From Octopus bimaculoides (taxonomy: Eukaryota), in NCBI RefSeq assembly GCF_001194135.2, contig NC_068999.1, positions 16,111,949-16,175,948 of the forward strand: 64,000 nucleotides of DNA, read 5' to 3'. The position numbers were made by a program, and so were the translations under genes. The notes beneath the pieces were generated by a model. That model was given only the letters and a program-made list of their open reading frames with translations, was not told the origin of the DNA and made no database searches. Of this stretch, positions 1 through 12,922 are shown in pieces (position 1 is the stretch's first letter; every line of letters begins with the position of its first letter).

Positions 1-556
1 AATGAGAAAACGCAGTAAATGGCAAGGAAAAGAAAACCGAGCCAAATGCGATGATTCTTTCAAGTCACTCTATAGTACTTGGCGTCTAAATAGTCAGGCT
101 CCAATCAATCTAGCAAGACTTAGGAGAGTGTCGTTTGGATTTCATTGACGTTCTATTTATGAGGCTTGTAGATCGACTAAATATGTCCAAATAAACTCGT
201 AGAAACCTGCAATTCTGGATTTTTGTTTTATCCTCTTACGAACTCATTCTATTTAATTTCTGAATTACTTGAGTTCTCCAAACGTTTTACTATACATGAA
301 ATCGGTTGCGTGCAGAGCAATTGTTATATGTGTTTGTATATATATATATATACACACATCCACGCGTGTGAGTGCGCATGCGCTCGAGTGTAATAATCGA
401 CTTTAGCTGAGTTTGCAGTTTATGACAATTGTTGTCCACTTTTAAAATTTTGGTGCATTTACAATTCATGCAAACACACCAACTACAACATGCAACAACT
501 CACACGCACATACACAAACACACAAACACTCAACCACATATACAAGCATACGCACA

Positions 557-597
<41 letters not shown>

Positions 598-633
598 ACA
601 TATATTTATATATATGTATTCAAGTTATATAAG

Positions 634-990
634 AGCAGACATGGATGTGCGGTAAGAAGCTTGCTTCCCAACCATATGGTACAGCTCAACTGCTTGGAAC
701 CTTGGACGAGTGTGTCCTACTATAGCCTCGAGCCGACTGAAACCTTGTGAGTGGATTTGGTAGAGGAAAACTGAAAGAAGCCCGTCGCATATGTATGTAT
801 ATATCTATGTTATTCTGCTTCTACCGCTTGACAACCGGTTTTGAAGCGTTAACGTTCCCGTAACATAGTCGTTCGGCAAAGAGAAACTAATAAAATAAGT
901 AGCAGTCCTGGGTCCAATTTGGTCCTCAAAAGCCCTAGAAAGCGGTGCCCCAGCACGGCCGCAGTCAAATCACTGAAGCAAGTGAAAGAT
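634..990 (+). mobile_element. tRNA-derived SINE, family A (CORE-like), near full length
   Basis: Degenerate Pol III head, then CTTGGACGAGTGTGTCCTACTATAGCCTCGAGCCGAC, an internal TA/TATG tract, and a 3' part ending GCGGTGCCCCAGCACGGCCGCAGTCAAATCACTGAAGCAAG. Colinear with the copies at 12689 and 45227. Confidence 0.9.
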
Positions 991-1005
991 TAAGAGTGTG
1001 TGGTA

Positions 1006-1232
1006 TTTCTTTACTACCCACATGGGGCTACAAACAGACGAGACAAACAAGGGCAGACAAACGGATTAAGTCGATTATATCGACCCCAGTGTGTAACTGG
1101 TACTTATTTAATCGACTCCGAAAGGATGAAAGGCAAAGTCGACCTCGTCGGAATTTGAACTCAGAACGTAGCGGCAGACGAAATACCGCTAAGCATTTCG
1201 CCCGGCGCGATAACGTTCCTGCCACCTCACCG
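1006..1232 (-). mobile_element. tRNA-derived SINE, family B, full length
   Basis: The reverse complement carries GTTCTGAGTTCAAATTCCGACGAGGTCGACTTTGCCTTTCATCC. Homologous to the copies at 26519, 36523 and 60768-61358. Confidence 0.9.
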
Positions 1233-1237
1233 ATTAA

Positions 1238-1376
1238 GTGTGTGTGTGTGTGTGTGTGTGTGTGTATNNNNNNNNNNNNNNNNNNNNNNNNNNNNNNNNN
1301 NNNNNNNNNNNNNNNNNNNNNNNNNNNNNNNNNNNNNNNNNNNNNNNNNNNNNNNNNNNNNNNNNNNNNNNNTGTG

Positions 1377-1409
<33 letters not shown>

Positions 1410-1445
1410 ATGTGCACATGTGCGCGTATTTGTGTGTAGGTGTAG
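1238..1445. repeat. (TG)n microsatellite spanning a gap
   Basis: TG repeats on both sides of the N run 1268-1372. Confidence 0.95.
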
Positions 1446-1509
1446 GTGTGTAAGTGTGCTTTACGTAAGACATGCTACTTTTTCAGTTTGTTGATCCTGA
1501 ATGGTACGG

Positions 1510-1955
1510 GTGCGAATGTTTTCCTAAACCCTTTTATGTTTAACACAGCTTTTCCTTATCTGCTCCTCGTTATCGTCTCTATTTCATTCTAATTCTCTTT
1601 CGTTTCCTTTTACCATGTTGTTTTAATTTTAGCGACTGTTGAGTATATTACATACCCTATTGATGATAACCTGCATGTCTCGTGTTATATGTGTTTCAGT
1701 ATGATTTTGGTTATCTTTTTCAACAGTATCTTTCCCGGGCTTTTAGTTATCGCATAGTTGAATGCAAATAAATATTATCTAATGTTATGTATATTGTGAT
1801 TTTGAATCACCGTTTGATGATTGTGCTACTCGGTTTCACATTTTCTAAATATTTTGAGAATTTTCATATTACTGATGAAGTGTAAAAATAGGATATGTCA
1901 CTTCCCTAATGGAGGTATCCCTTTATATGTATGAAACCTCTGGTCGTAGCAGTGA
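1510..1955 (+). mobile_element. Probable Penelope-like element terminal (pLTR-like) fragment
   Basis: T-rich tract ending in CTGATGA (1872-1878) and GAAACCTCTGGTC (1933-1945), motifs typical of hammerhead-containing PLE termini. No coding remnant recognised. Confidence 0.35.
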
Positions 1956-2009
1956 CTCTTTCACATTGATGCCCGAATTCGATACTGTCCCAGCCTTTAA
2001 CACACAGTG

Positions 2010-2095
2010 TGCTAAATGGAAGCGAGCAACATGACACACTCAAAAGCACAGCACGCTTTCAAGACCAAGAATCGAAACCAACATCTTATTTCGTC
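2010..2095 (-). mobile_element. Degenerate SINE head fragment (family C/D-like)
   Basis: ACACTCAAAAGCACAGCACGC...AAGAATCGAAACCAACATCTT resembles the better-preserved head at 26785-26906. Confidence 0.4.
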
Positions 2096-2539
2096 ATCGA
2101 AATCTCCATTACTTAAATATTAATCTATGTACCGTCTTGTTAAACAAAATGGCGGATATGGTTTTCATATTGTCAATTTATACCATGCAAATATAAATCT
2201 GTTATATATATATTTTTTTCCCTGAAAAATGTATAAAATCAAAATCCATTATAACTTCAAACAGTCGCAGTATTCATTAGAGTTTCATGAAAAATTCACT
2301 GCACTTTTGAAGATTCATTAAATTTCTATTTTCAATTTTGTATATGAAAAAATTATTACAAAGTATAAACATACTGGTGGCATATGTGTGTACGTTGATG
2401 CACCTATAACGTCGGTTAAATAATTATTAAATAGTTTTGCATATGAGTGTTTAACAAACAGGATTGACGCAAACGATGGAGCTACACGACTTGAGTTCAA
2501 TGGATACTCATTGGAGAGTTAATGAAACTTGAAAGATTT

Positions 2540-2636
2540 TGATACATACATATATGTTCACATACACACATACATACGTACATACATACATACATACTAC
2601 TGCTGCTGCAGCAGCAACAGCAGCAGCAGCAGTGAC

Positions 2637-2674
<38 letters not shown>

Positions 2675-2680
2675 CAGCAG
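2540..2680. repeat. Compound (CATA)n/(CAG)n/(TAG)n microsatellite
   Basis: Direct inspection. Confidence 0.9.
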
Positions 2681-4964
2681 CATATACTAGTTTACAAGCG
2701 TATATAACATTAAACTTTTAACAGTTTAGTCTACATCCAGAGTAGGAACATTTTAGGAGTGTTTATATAAATATTTAGAAGATTTATCACAATATAAGGA
2801 AAATAAAAAAAAAAGCAACGCGTATCTCGCAGCATTGTGTTTTATCTTATCAAGTGTAATGACAATAACGGTGCTGGAAGAGTGTATTATTGAAATATAG
2901 GAATGCATCTGACAGATGGGCTGAAATACTGAAATAACTTTTCCTGTTTTTTTCATTTGTTTTTCTTAATCTATTTTTCTGAATATTGCCGTTTCATTTC
3001 TTTCTGTCCCTCCAGTATTATTCGCAAAAAATTTCGAAGGATGAGTTTCAAACAGAATATTAATGAATTGAATTACTAAACACAAACATCTAAGTATTCC
3101 TGGCTGCTTGATGTTTCGAAGCAATATCTCACGTCTTGTTTCAGTTCTAGATATAACTAAAATATTTCAGAGTTTATTTGAGTATGAGACAAATCATGTT
3201 TATGCCTTATAAATGTGTCCATCAATAATAATGCAGCTGGTGCTTAGGGCTTTCCCTTCCAGCAATCAACCATAAAATGCTGGCTTACATTTTTATAGCA
3301 TTTACATAGAATAATCTTCAGAAATAGTTTTCAAATATTCAATGATTAACACTAAATATCACTCCCTATATTTCGTTGTCTTCGTGCTCTCGGTTTAGAC
3401 AAATTTATGCCAAGAAATTTCGTTAGATTCCTTTATTAGATAGCAGAAACTTTCTTAGAAATGCTTCGCTGTTTAAGTCTTGCTCAGTATTTCACTGCCA
3501 ACAGGAAGTTACACTTACCCATAACTGTTATATATANNNNNNNNNNNNNNNNNNNNNNNNNNNNNNNNNNNNNNNNNNNNNNNNNNNNNNNNNNNNNNNN
3601 NTATATATATATATATATATGAACTCGCACGCATTTACAAGCATATGTTTCAACTCATCTGCAAAGGCATGAACACACACAAGCACACACACATGTGCAC
3701 ATACACACACACACACACACACACATATACAAATACACAGAGAGCTTTTAAAACTGAATACAATTTCATGTCATCAACTTCACACAAATCTGAAATCCGT
3801 GTACGATTTTGCGCATAAAGCTGTATCCACAAGTCACTAATAAAGTCAGAAATTATTACTCAGTGCATGGTCTGATTTTGTTAGCCAGAAGCTTGAAATT
3901 TTAGCAGAAACTAAATTTCATCTGAAAGATGTAAGGGAGGTGATTCGGCCGAGTTCTATAGTCACTAACACAATCAGTTATTTCTCTTTGTAATATGAAG
4001 TTTGCCATTGCAAATGTTACGAGTTTGTAGCTAAGTTCAGACTATTAAGTCAGCTTAAAGATCTGTAGGAAAAATATTCTTTGGCGACAGATAACGTATA
4101 ACTCGGATTTTCTTAAACGGGATAGCAGGCTCTATAACAATACTGTGAATATTTTTACTAAATACTGCAATCACATAATCTACTAGTATAATAAACAGGT
4201 CTGGCGTCAATATTCCGTGTTGTATTGCAATATTTAAAGCTTCTTTCTTCCTCTTGCATCATTTCAAAAAGAATTTGTGCCAGGCATAAAAGGAGTACAA
4301 AACTAAACAGAGGGATGAATATGTAATACTGAAAGACTAAATGTTTATTAGTGTACATATATGTGTGTATACGTATATATATGTTTGTGTGTGTTCGTAT
4401 ACATATATATGTGTGTGCGTGTGTAATGGTATGGATAGGTATTTACATTTATTTAACAAGACTAAGCGGAAGTATAGTGGAACAATGAGGATTAAAAACC
4501 ATTGCAAGAAAGCTACCTGGCTCTCTTGGGGATTCTTTTTATAGCTCTCATTCTATATGAATGCATCGCTATAGACGTAGACTAACACACGCGCGTGCAC
4601 CCACACACACGTGTCAGTGTAAGTATATATATATATATATATATATATATNNNNNNNNNNNNNNNNNNNNNNNNNNNNNNNNNNNNNNNNNNNNNNNNNN
4701 NNNNNNNNNNNNNNNNNNNNNNNNNNNNNNNNNNNNNNNNNNNNNNNNNNNNNNNNNNNNNNNNNNNNNNNNNNNNNNNNNNNNNNNNNNNNNNNNNNNN
4801 NNNNNNNNNNNNNNNNNNNNNNNNNNNNNNNNNNNNNNNNNNNNNNNNNNNNNNNNNNNNNNNNNNNNNNNNNNNNNNNNNNNNNNNNNNNNNNNNNNNN
4901 NNNNNNNNNNNNNNNNNNNNNNNNNNNNNNNNNNNNNNNNNNNNNNNNNNNNNNNNNNNNNNNN

Positions 4965-5190
<226 letters not shown>

Positions 5191-5681
5191 GTACGTTGAG
5201 TGGAAACGGAAGTAAGATTTAAATATTTCTTAGTCTGACTAACAATCGTAATTGTAATGTATATTGCAGAGATTAGAAGTGAGAGGCGTCTTAGGAACAC
5301 AACATACGCTTAAACTGGCACGCGTACGTCAGTAGAGAAATAATTGAAGAACATTTTCCTAGACGTTCTACGGCAAGATGTAGAAGCAGACACGGTAGAA
5401 GCACCATTACCACCAGCAGCTGTGGTAGCAGCAGCAGCAGCAGCAGTAGCAGTAGTAGTAGTAGGGTGGGTTAGTGGTGTTAGAAAAAGTGAGATGATAT
5501 GAATATGGAACAAGACAAGGAAAGATAACGTAGGAGATACGACGTTGAAGAATAATGTTACGGAAAGAGAACGGGACATAACGTTGTAGGATGCTATGTG
5601 TTGAGGTAATAGATGAAGCTTAGACTAAGGCCAATTAGGTGCAACAGTTGATGAATATGTGTGTGTGTGTGTGCAGATATA

Positions 5682-5722
<41 letters not shown>

Positions 5723-6336
5723 GTTGAGATATAACTCTGTTTGCGCGCTTGTAAATATATATCTACATAAAAGCATATACACATTTATATAAGCATGTGT
5801 ATAAACTTACGTATAAAATTACACACACTCACAATCATACACACACACGCACATATGTATGGGGAAGGTATTTAATGAGAGTGGGAGAGACATGCAAGAG
5901 AGAGAGACTGTGTTTGTGTGTGAGTGTGTGTGCGAGTGTTTTGTGTGCGTGTGTGTGTGTGTGTAGAATAAGATTAATTTTAGAAAAGAAGAGAAAGAAA
6001 CCCAAATGCAGAAAGCTGTGGCGATAAGCAGATACGGCTATAAAATAAGGGAGTGTAAATTCCTTAAATCGACAGAAATTCTACGAGTCGTCTACTGAAC
6101 TGGTGTGTACTTTATCAACATATGAAGGATCAGAAGTACATTGTCTCTTCTTTGTTTTGAGCACATATATAAATGCCATATACATTATATCCTGAGATGT
6201 CGGATTCTGACATTTACGGGTATGTGCTCAAATGAACTACACCGATATACTACTTGTATGCGTTTGCATGAGTGCACAGATAGTTTGTTTACAAGGTACA
6301 TTTGTGCATGAGTATTAATTTTGCGTGTCTGTTAAA

Positions 6337-6545
6337 TCGGTGAGCTCACAGAGACGTTAGCACGTGAAGCAAAATTCTATGTGGTACTTCGTCCGTCTTT
6401 ACGTTCTGCGATCAAATGCCACCGTGGTCGACTTTGCCTTTCATCCTTCCTGGGTCGATAGAATACGTATCAGTCGAACCCTGGGGTCTATGTAATCTCC
6501 TCTCCACTCCCACGAAATTTCAGGCCTTGTGTCTTTGGTAGAAGG
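6337..6545 (+). mobile_element. SINE family B, diverged full-length copy
   Basis: CGGTGAGCTCACAGAGACGTTAGCACG...GGTCGACTTTGCCTTTCATCCTTCCTGGGTCGATAGAATACG...CAGGCCTTGTG. Confidence 0.85.
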
Positions 6546-6944
6546 TACATAAAGCTTTCTTAGTTTGAATTATGGGATTCAGAAAAAATAAAAGACATTG
6601 ATAAAAATACTAAGGGTTTTCGTAGCAGCTTTTCCTGTACAACTCTCACTAAATCCAGATATTTAGCAACTGACAAGATGTTATAGATCTTTTGATCAAC
6701 CATAAAGCATTTATGCATTAAACTGGGTTCTCTTGGTATTGTAAACTTTAACACGAGGAATTTTGTAGGAATAAATGGCCGGACTCTCTGTCAAGAGAAA
6801 ATGAGTAACAGAAAGATTTTCTCCTAGGAATATCCTGTTTAGAATAGTCATGTGCATTTGTAAGTACGTGAGGCTAAAAGACGAGGAAGCAATTTTAAGA
6901 AGACAAAAGAGAAACGAAATCATTGTTTCATGTTGCAAAGTAAA

Positions 6945-7380
6945 AGATGACGAGAAAAATGTTGGCTACCAATCATGAGGATGATGATGGTGGTGGTGGT
7001 GGTGGTGCTGATGGTAGTGGGATGATGGTGACGACGACGATGATGAGGAAATTGATGATGACGATGATGACGACGACGACGAAGACAACAATGATACCGA
7101 AGATGACGATGATCACGATCATAATGACTAGCATAATTGCGATCAAGATAATTAATTAAGACTGCCGAGATCTTTTTGATAGTCATTTTCGTGATTGCGA
7201 TAATGATTGCTAGGATACTTCTGCTACGGCTGCTGCTGATAATGATGATGGTGAATACGATGATGGCGACGATGACGACGCCGCCGACGCCGGTGATACT
7301 CCTGCTGACGATGAGGAAAAAAAACACACAGCCAGAAAAAAAAAATAACTTAATAATAATAATAATAATAATGACAGCAA
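6945..7380. repeat. Cryptic trinucleotide (GAT/GAC/GGT/AAT) low-complexity tract
   Basis: Mixed NAT/GAN triplets; this is the source of the poly-His/Thr/Met ORFs in the track. Confidence 0.85.
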
Positions 7381-7679
7381 CAACATACAGAAAAACACAG
7401 ACTGGCGTTAACTTGTTTTTTTCTAAAGGTTTGTTTTGGGATGTTATTTAGCGATAATATGCTATTTTCGTAACTCATACGCTTGATGGTTTTACTATTA
7501 GAAATTAAATAATGAAAGAATGTTGTTTGCCAGAACATTTCCTGTTTATTCCTCAAACTGGCAAATGAAAATGAAATAGCATAAAACGAAACTTTTGTTT
7601 TATATTTGTCTCTTATGTATATATATGTTGTTGTTTTATTTTGAAATTTCCAGCTACTTATATACTCATCCTACTACCG

Positions 7680-7744
7680 TTTCTGTGTTGTTGCGTTGGT
7701 TATAGTCCATGTTGTTGCTGTTGTCTGATTTTTAGTATTGCTCC

Positions 7745-7781
<37 letters not shown>

Positions 7782-7860
7782 GAAGGTTGTGTGGTGTTTT
7801 TGGCATTGCTGATGATAGCGCTGATAGTGATGTATAGTGATGTTGCTGGTAGCATTGTTG
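7680..7860. repeat. (GTT)n and degenerate flanks
   Basis: Direct inspection. Confidence 0.9.
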
Positions 7861-8034
7861 ATAAAATTTATGTTTACCTTATCATTTGACATATTGCATT
7901 ATTAGTTTACGGCTTTTCTCAATGCAGTTGTCGTTGCTGATGTGTTTCTCATATTTCAAACACCTTTTTATATTTTTTTTTATCCATTTACATTGACTCT
8001 TTATTACCCAAACATATATAGGCACAATCATATA

Positions 8035-8082
<48 letters not shown>

Positions 8083-8347
8083 TTCATGTGTGTGTTTATT
8101 GTATCTATAGGCGTGTGAAAGTGTGTGCATGTTTGTTTTGACATTTATAGAATATTTAGTGGGATTTTGGCTTTGCATGTTATATTCGTTTATTTACGCA
8201 TCTTTTTGTTTATTTATTTATTTCTTTATTTTTGGCATCAGATAGCTTCTCTCTTGCCATCTCTCTAACTTAGAAAGTAATCCAAGAGGAACAGGAGGAT
8301 TTGTTAGCAAACGCAGACGATATAAATACCGAGATATATAAGCAATA

Positions 8348-8348
<1 letters not shown>

Positions 8349-8381
<33 letters not shown>

Positions 8382-8397
8382 ATTATTATTATTATTA
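8349..8397. repeat. (ATT)n microsatellite
   Basis: Direct inspection. Confidence 0.95.
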
Positions 8398-9683
8398 CCG
8401 TTGTAGTTGTTGTGGAGGTTAGTGGTGTGGTGGCATTGGTTTTGTTGTTATTTAAATATTGTAATTATTATTGCAAGTGGTATTAATATTATCTATCATT
8501 ATCACAATCGTCATCAGCAACGGCCAAGCGATGTATATGTCGGCGCCGTAATTTTAGATATATGTAGGCTGTAGATTGCGCATCGAATGAGACATTACGC
8601 CTTACATTCGCAGTTCCTCGATAGAAAGATAAGTATTAGCATGTATGTATATATGTATGCATATATGTATATACATACATACGTATATATACACACACAT
8701 GTATATATATNNNNNNNNNNNNNNNNNNNNNNNNNNNNNNNNNNNNNNNNNNNNNNNNNNNNNNNNNNNNNNNNNNNNNNNNNNNNNNNNNNNNNNNNNN
8801 NNNNNNNNNNNNNNNNNNNNNNNNNNNNNNNNNNNNNNNNNNNNNNNNNNNNNNNNNNNNNNNNNNNNNNNNNNNNNNNNNNNNNNNNNNNNNNNNNNNN
8901 NNNNNNNNNNNNNNNNNNNNNNNNNNNNNNNNNNNNNNNNNNNNNTATATATATATAGATTACTTAAATACACACATATACCGAGTTAAACATAAGTTGT
9001 TATCCTTATATCTGTTTACATAGAGACAGGCAGACAGTAGAAGCGGAAGAGGAGGAGACATAATGAAATACTGAGAGACGAGAGAACAAGTGTATAGGAG
9101 AGGCTGTAGGGTGATTAGTGCTATTAATATAATACGATAGTCGTTTGTTTCTGGTGTGGATAAATTAAGCAATGTTATTATATTAAGTTCAAAGGATAAA
9201 GGATTCCAAAAACGCCTACTCCCCGCCACGAAGTCTTAACCAACGTCACACAGACACATATATGCATTCATCCATACGTTTATATCTGAAAGCATGTATA
9301 CAGGTATGTTTTTACCATCATCTGTGAATAAGTGTCATTACATGTGTACGTATGTATTACATGAGTATGTATCATTTATATTCATGTAAACATCAACAAA
9401 ACGGTGGAAAATATTGGAAAAGGCAGTCTCACAAGAAATATGACTTACATGATACTGGACTGCATATTCTTAGAGCATTCACTGAGCTTCAAAGATAGAG
9501 CAGTTATCCGTCTTCCAATATTCTGCTAAATGAATTAGTGTTGGAATTTTTTTTGTTTCATCCACAGCGCAGACGAATAATGCTCGTACATATAAATATG
9601 TACATACACACAGACAAACATATACATATAAATACACACACACACTATATATATATATATATTGTATCCGCCACTACATTCCT

Positions 9684-9961
9684 CCACGGTACAAATTTAA
9701 TGTGTGGTCAGTGGGAAGAGCCATTCTAACAATGTTTCCTGCCCGAACTCTTCGAAACGCTTAGTTTTAGAATGGTGGCAGCTGATGAAGGAAATGTTCT
9801 CTATGTGGCCTGTGTGTTTTCTGTATTCTGTTTATCATTTTGTCCACGTTTTTTGGCAACGTCCTCTACCCAGATATGCATCTATATATACATGTAGATG
9901 TAGGTATGTACATACATGTACGTATATATGCATATACTCATATATTATTTGTATTATATAT
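9684..9961 (+). mobile_element. Interspersed-repeat terminus, probably Penelope-like
   Basis: GC-richer structured core with CGAAAC (9753-9758) and CTGATGAAGG (9782-9791), followed by a T-rich tail running into a TA tract and gap. Confidence 0.35.
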
Positions 9962-10619
9962 NNNNNNNNNNNNNNNNNNNNNNNNNNNNNNNNNNNNNNN
10001 NNNNNNNNNNNNNNNNNNNNNNNNNNNNNNNNNNNNNNNNNNNNNNNNNNNNNNNNNNNNNNNNNNNNNNNNNNNNNNNNNNNNNNNNNNNNNNNNNNNN
10101 NNNNNNNNNNNNNNNNNNNNNNNNNNNNNNNNNNNNNNNNNNNNNNNNNNNNNNNNNNNNNNNNNNNATATATATATATATATAAACAGGAACATATTAC
10201 AGAAGATCACTTAACTTTACTGATGATTGTTTCTGTTGCGCTAGCATAGGTAAATATACCAAAAAAGGTACAAAATACATGTTCAATCTTATGTTCAATC
10301 GTACAATACGGGTAATTCTAAAGGAGATCGTTGACTCGAGGAAATGAAACGTCTAATATAATTACTTCGAAAATTAGAATTATTAAATAATAGAACCAAT
10401 CTTACGTTGAACTGTTCTCATGAATAACAGAAAGTATTCAAATACACATGCGTACATACATATACACACACACAGAAAGTGAGAGAAATAATCTTACGTT
10501 AAATTCATGTATATAGATGTATCCATGCATACGCACACAGGTATGTATATATGTATCTTTATATAAACATATATATACATATATGTATATATATATGTAT
10601 GTGTGCATGTATGCATGTG

Positions 10620-10651
<32 letters not shown>

Positions 10652-11313
10652 TTTGCATATGTATTTTGTTTCTGAGCGTGTAAGCCCAGGGTAAAAGAAA
10701 AATATGTTAAACACGTTCAAAAACATTACAAACGTGAAATCTCAGCTCTTTTAACGTGGGGAATCTACTCTTTCTTTTTTATATACTAATTTATAATTAT
10801 CATGAACAATGCCTGGTTTCGTGGTAGAACAAACGACTTCAAACAGGCCTCCCATGATACAATTTGTGCTATTATTCGTTTAGGTGAACAAAACTGGTGT
10901 TACATTCCGTTTATTTACTAAGAGATTATGGGAGAATACAAAAGTATTTACGCATTTCTGGTATTCTAGCTTCAGTACGTGCCTCATATCATTAGTAAAG
11001 CTGACATAGAAATGGGATAAAAATACACTGAAGACGTGCTTATAAAGGCACATACACGTCAACACGTACGCTCACTCATATGGACACACACACGAAAGTA
11101 TGTATGCGTGCGTACATATAAGCATATGTGGGTGTATACATATGTGTATGTACGTGCGAATTCATGTATGTGCGTGTTTGTGTGCCTGTTTATGAGCGAC
11201 ATCTCATGTGTTTTCAAGGTTTCTAAGTATTACCGTCATTACTCCACATATACGTGGGTGGTTGTCTTTGCATAGATACATGTATATACATACATTCATA
11301 TATATACACACGC

Positions 11314-11316
<3 letters not shown>

Positions 11317-11385
<69 letters not shown>
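11317..11385. repeat. (CT)n-(TA)n compound microsatellite
   Basis: Direct inspection; abuts gap 11386-11711. Confidence 0.95.
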
Positions 11386-11825
11386 NNNNNNNNNNNNNNN
11401 NNNNNNNNNNNNNNNNNNNNNNNNNNNNNNNNNNNNNNNNNNNNNNNNNNNNNNNNNNNNNNNNNNNNNNNNNNNNNNNNNNNNNNNNNNNNNNNNNNNN
11501 NNNNNNNNNNNNNNNNNNNNNNNNNNNNNNNNNNNNNNNNNNNNNNNNNNNNNNNNNNNNNNNNNNNNNNNNNNNNNNNNNNNNNNNNNNNNNNNNNNNN
11601 NNNNNNNNNNNNNNNNNNNNNNNNNNNNNNNNNNNNNNNNNNNNNNNNNNNNNNNNNNNNNNNNNNNNNNNNNNNNNNNNNNNNNNNNNNNNNNNNNNNN
11701 NNNNNNNNNNNTATATATATACATAAATTTGTGTGTGTGTGTGCGTGTGTATGTGTGTGTGCATATGTGTTTATATCTATATATTCAGTTATGTATATAT
11801 AAGAGTAATGGCGCTAAGCAGTGTT

Positions 11826-11902
11826 TACGTATAATCACAATTTAGGTTAGTTGAAATACGCTTGTCACACATTTCAACGAACCTAAATTGTAATTATGTA
11901 TA
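11826..11902. other. Imperfect 32-bp inverted repeat / hairpin (pre-miRNA-like or tiny foldback element)
   Basis: TACGTATAATCACAATTTAGGTTAGTTGAAAT, 13-nt loop, ATTTCAACGAACCTAAATTGTAATTATGTATA. Confidence 0.8.
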
Positions 11903-12688
11903 TAATGTTTCAAAAGAGTGCATACATTCAACATTCAACACAGACCATGTAATAGAATATATACGTCATTTTGTTCTTATTCGGGGAAAGAGCTACAATG
12001 ACTCAAAAACAGGTCTAAACTTCTAGCTGAATACATAGCATGCAAAATTATGCGTACGTTACTACCTACGATCTACAGACCGACACAACGCTATACTTAA
12101 TAACACACGAGGGTAGGCGAGAAAACTCGAGAATCGTTTCCGGTTTCTTCCACTGTCATTTTATCATGCTTAAACATTCTGTCTAATCGTTTGTATTCTC
12201 CTATCTCCCTATTCACGCTTGTAAACTTCTCATGGCATACATACCAGTATGTAATCGGTGTATGTTTTCATCCTGAATTATCTATGTTTTATTATACGCT
12301 TGTTTATTTTCATCATTTTCTGCTATCTTCATTCTTATTTTCTAAATTTTTATATACCTCTTTTACAGACATTTATCTGTCTGAGTACATAAAACTTCAT
12401 GTAACCTAGATGCAGACAACAAGGTAAATGTTTGTTGGCGTAGTAACTGCACGACGCAGAAATAATTTTACATTGAAATAATAACTGTTCGGTAAATCTT
12501 CGTTTATGACGGTAAGTATCTAGGTCAAAGACTTGGTTTGCCGGTGCTATATTTTTTTATTATATAAATCAATTGCTACTAAAATTAAAGTGCTTTGTTT
12601 CGTAAGTTAAGTTCTGTATTTAAAACGTTTATTCCACAAGATAATTGTATTTCTTTCATTATATTCTTTTTTTATTTGTTTATATATA

Positions 12689-12859
12689 GACGTAGGAGTA
12701 GCTGTGTGGTAAGTAGCTTGCTACCAACCACATGGTTCCGGGTTCAGTCACACTGCGTGGCACCTTGGGCAAGTGTCTTTTACTATAGCCTCGGGCCGAC
12801 CAAAGCCTTGTGAGTGGATTTGGTTGACGAAAATTGAAAAGAAGCCTGTCGTATATATG

Positions 12860-12922
<63 letters not shown>

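Noticed and set aside
373-384. TGCGCATGCGCT, an NRF1/EWG-like palindrome
   Set aside because: It sits in a decaying CA/TG/CG dinucleotide tract where such words arise by chance, with no promoter context.
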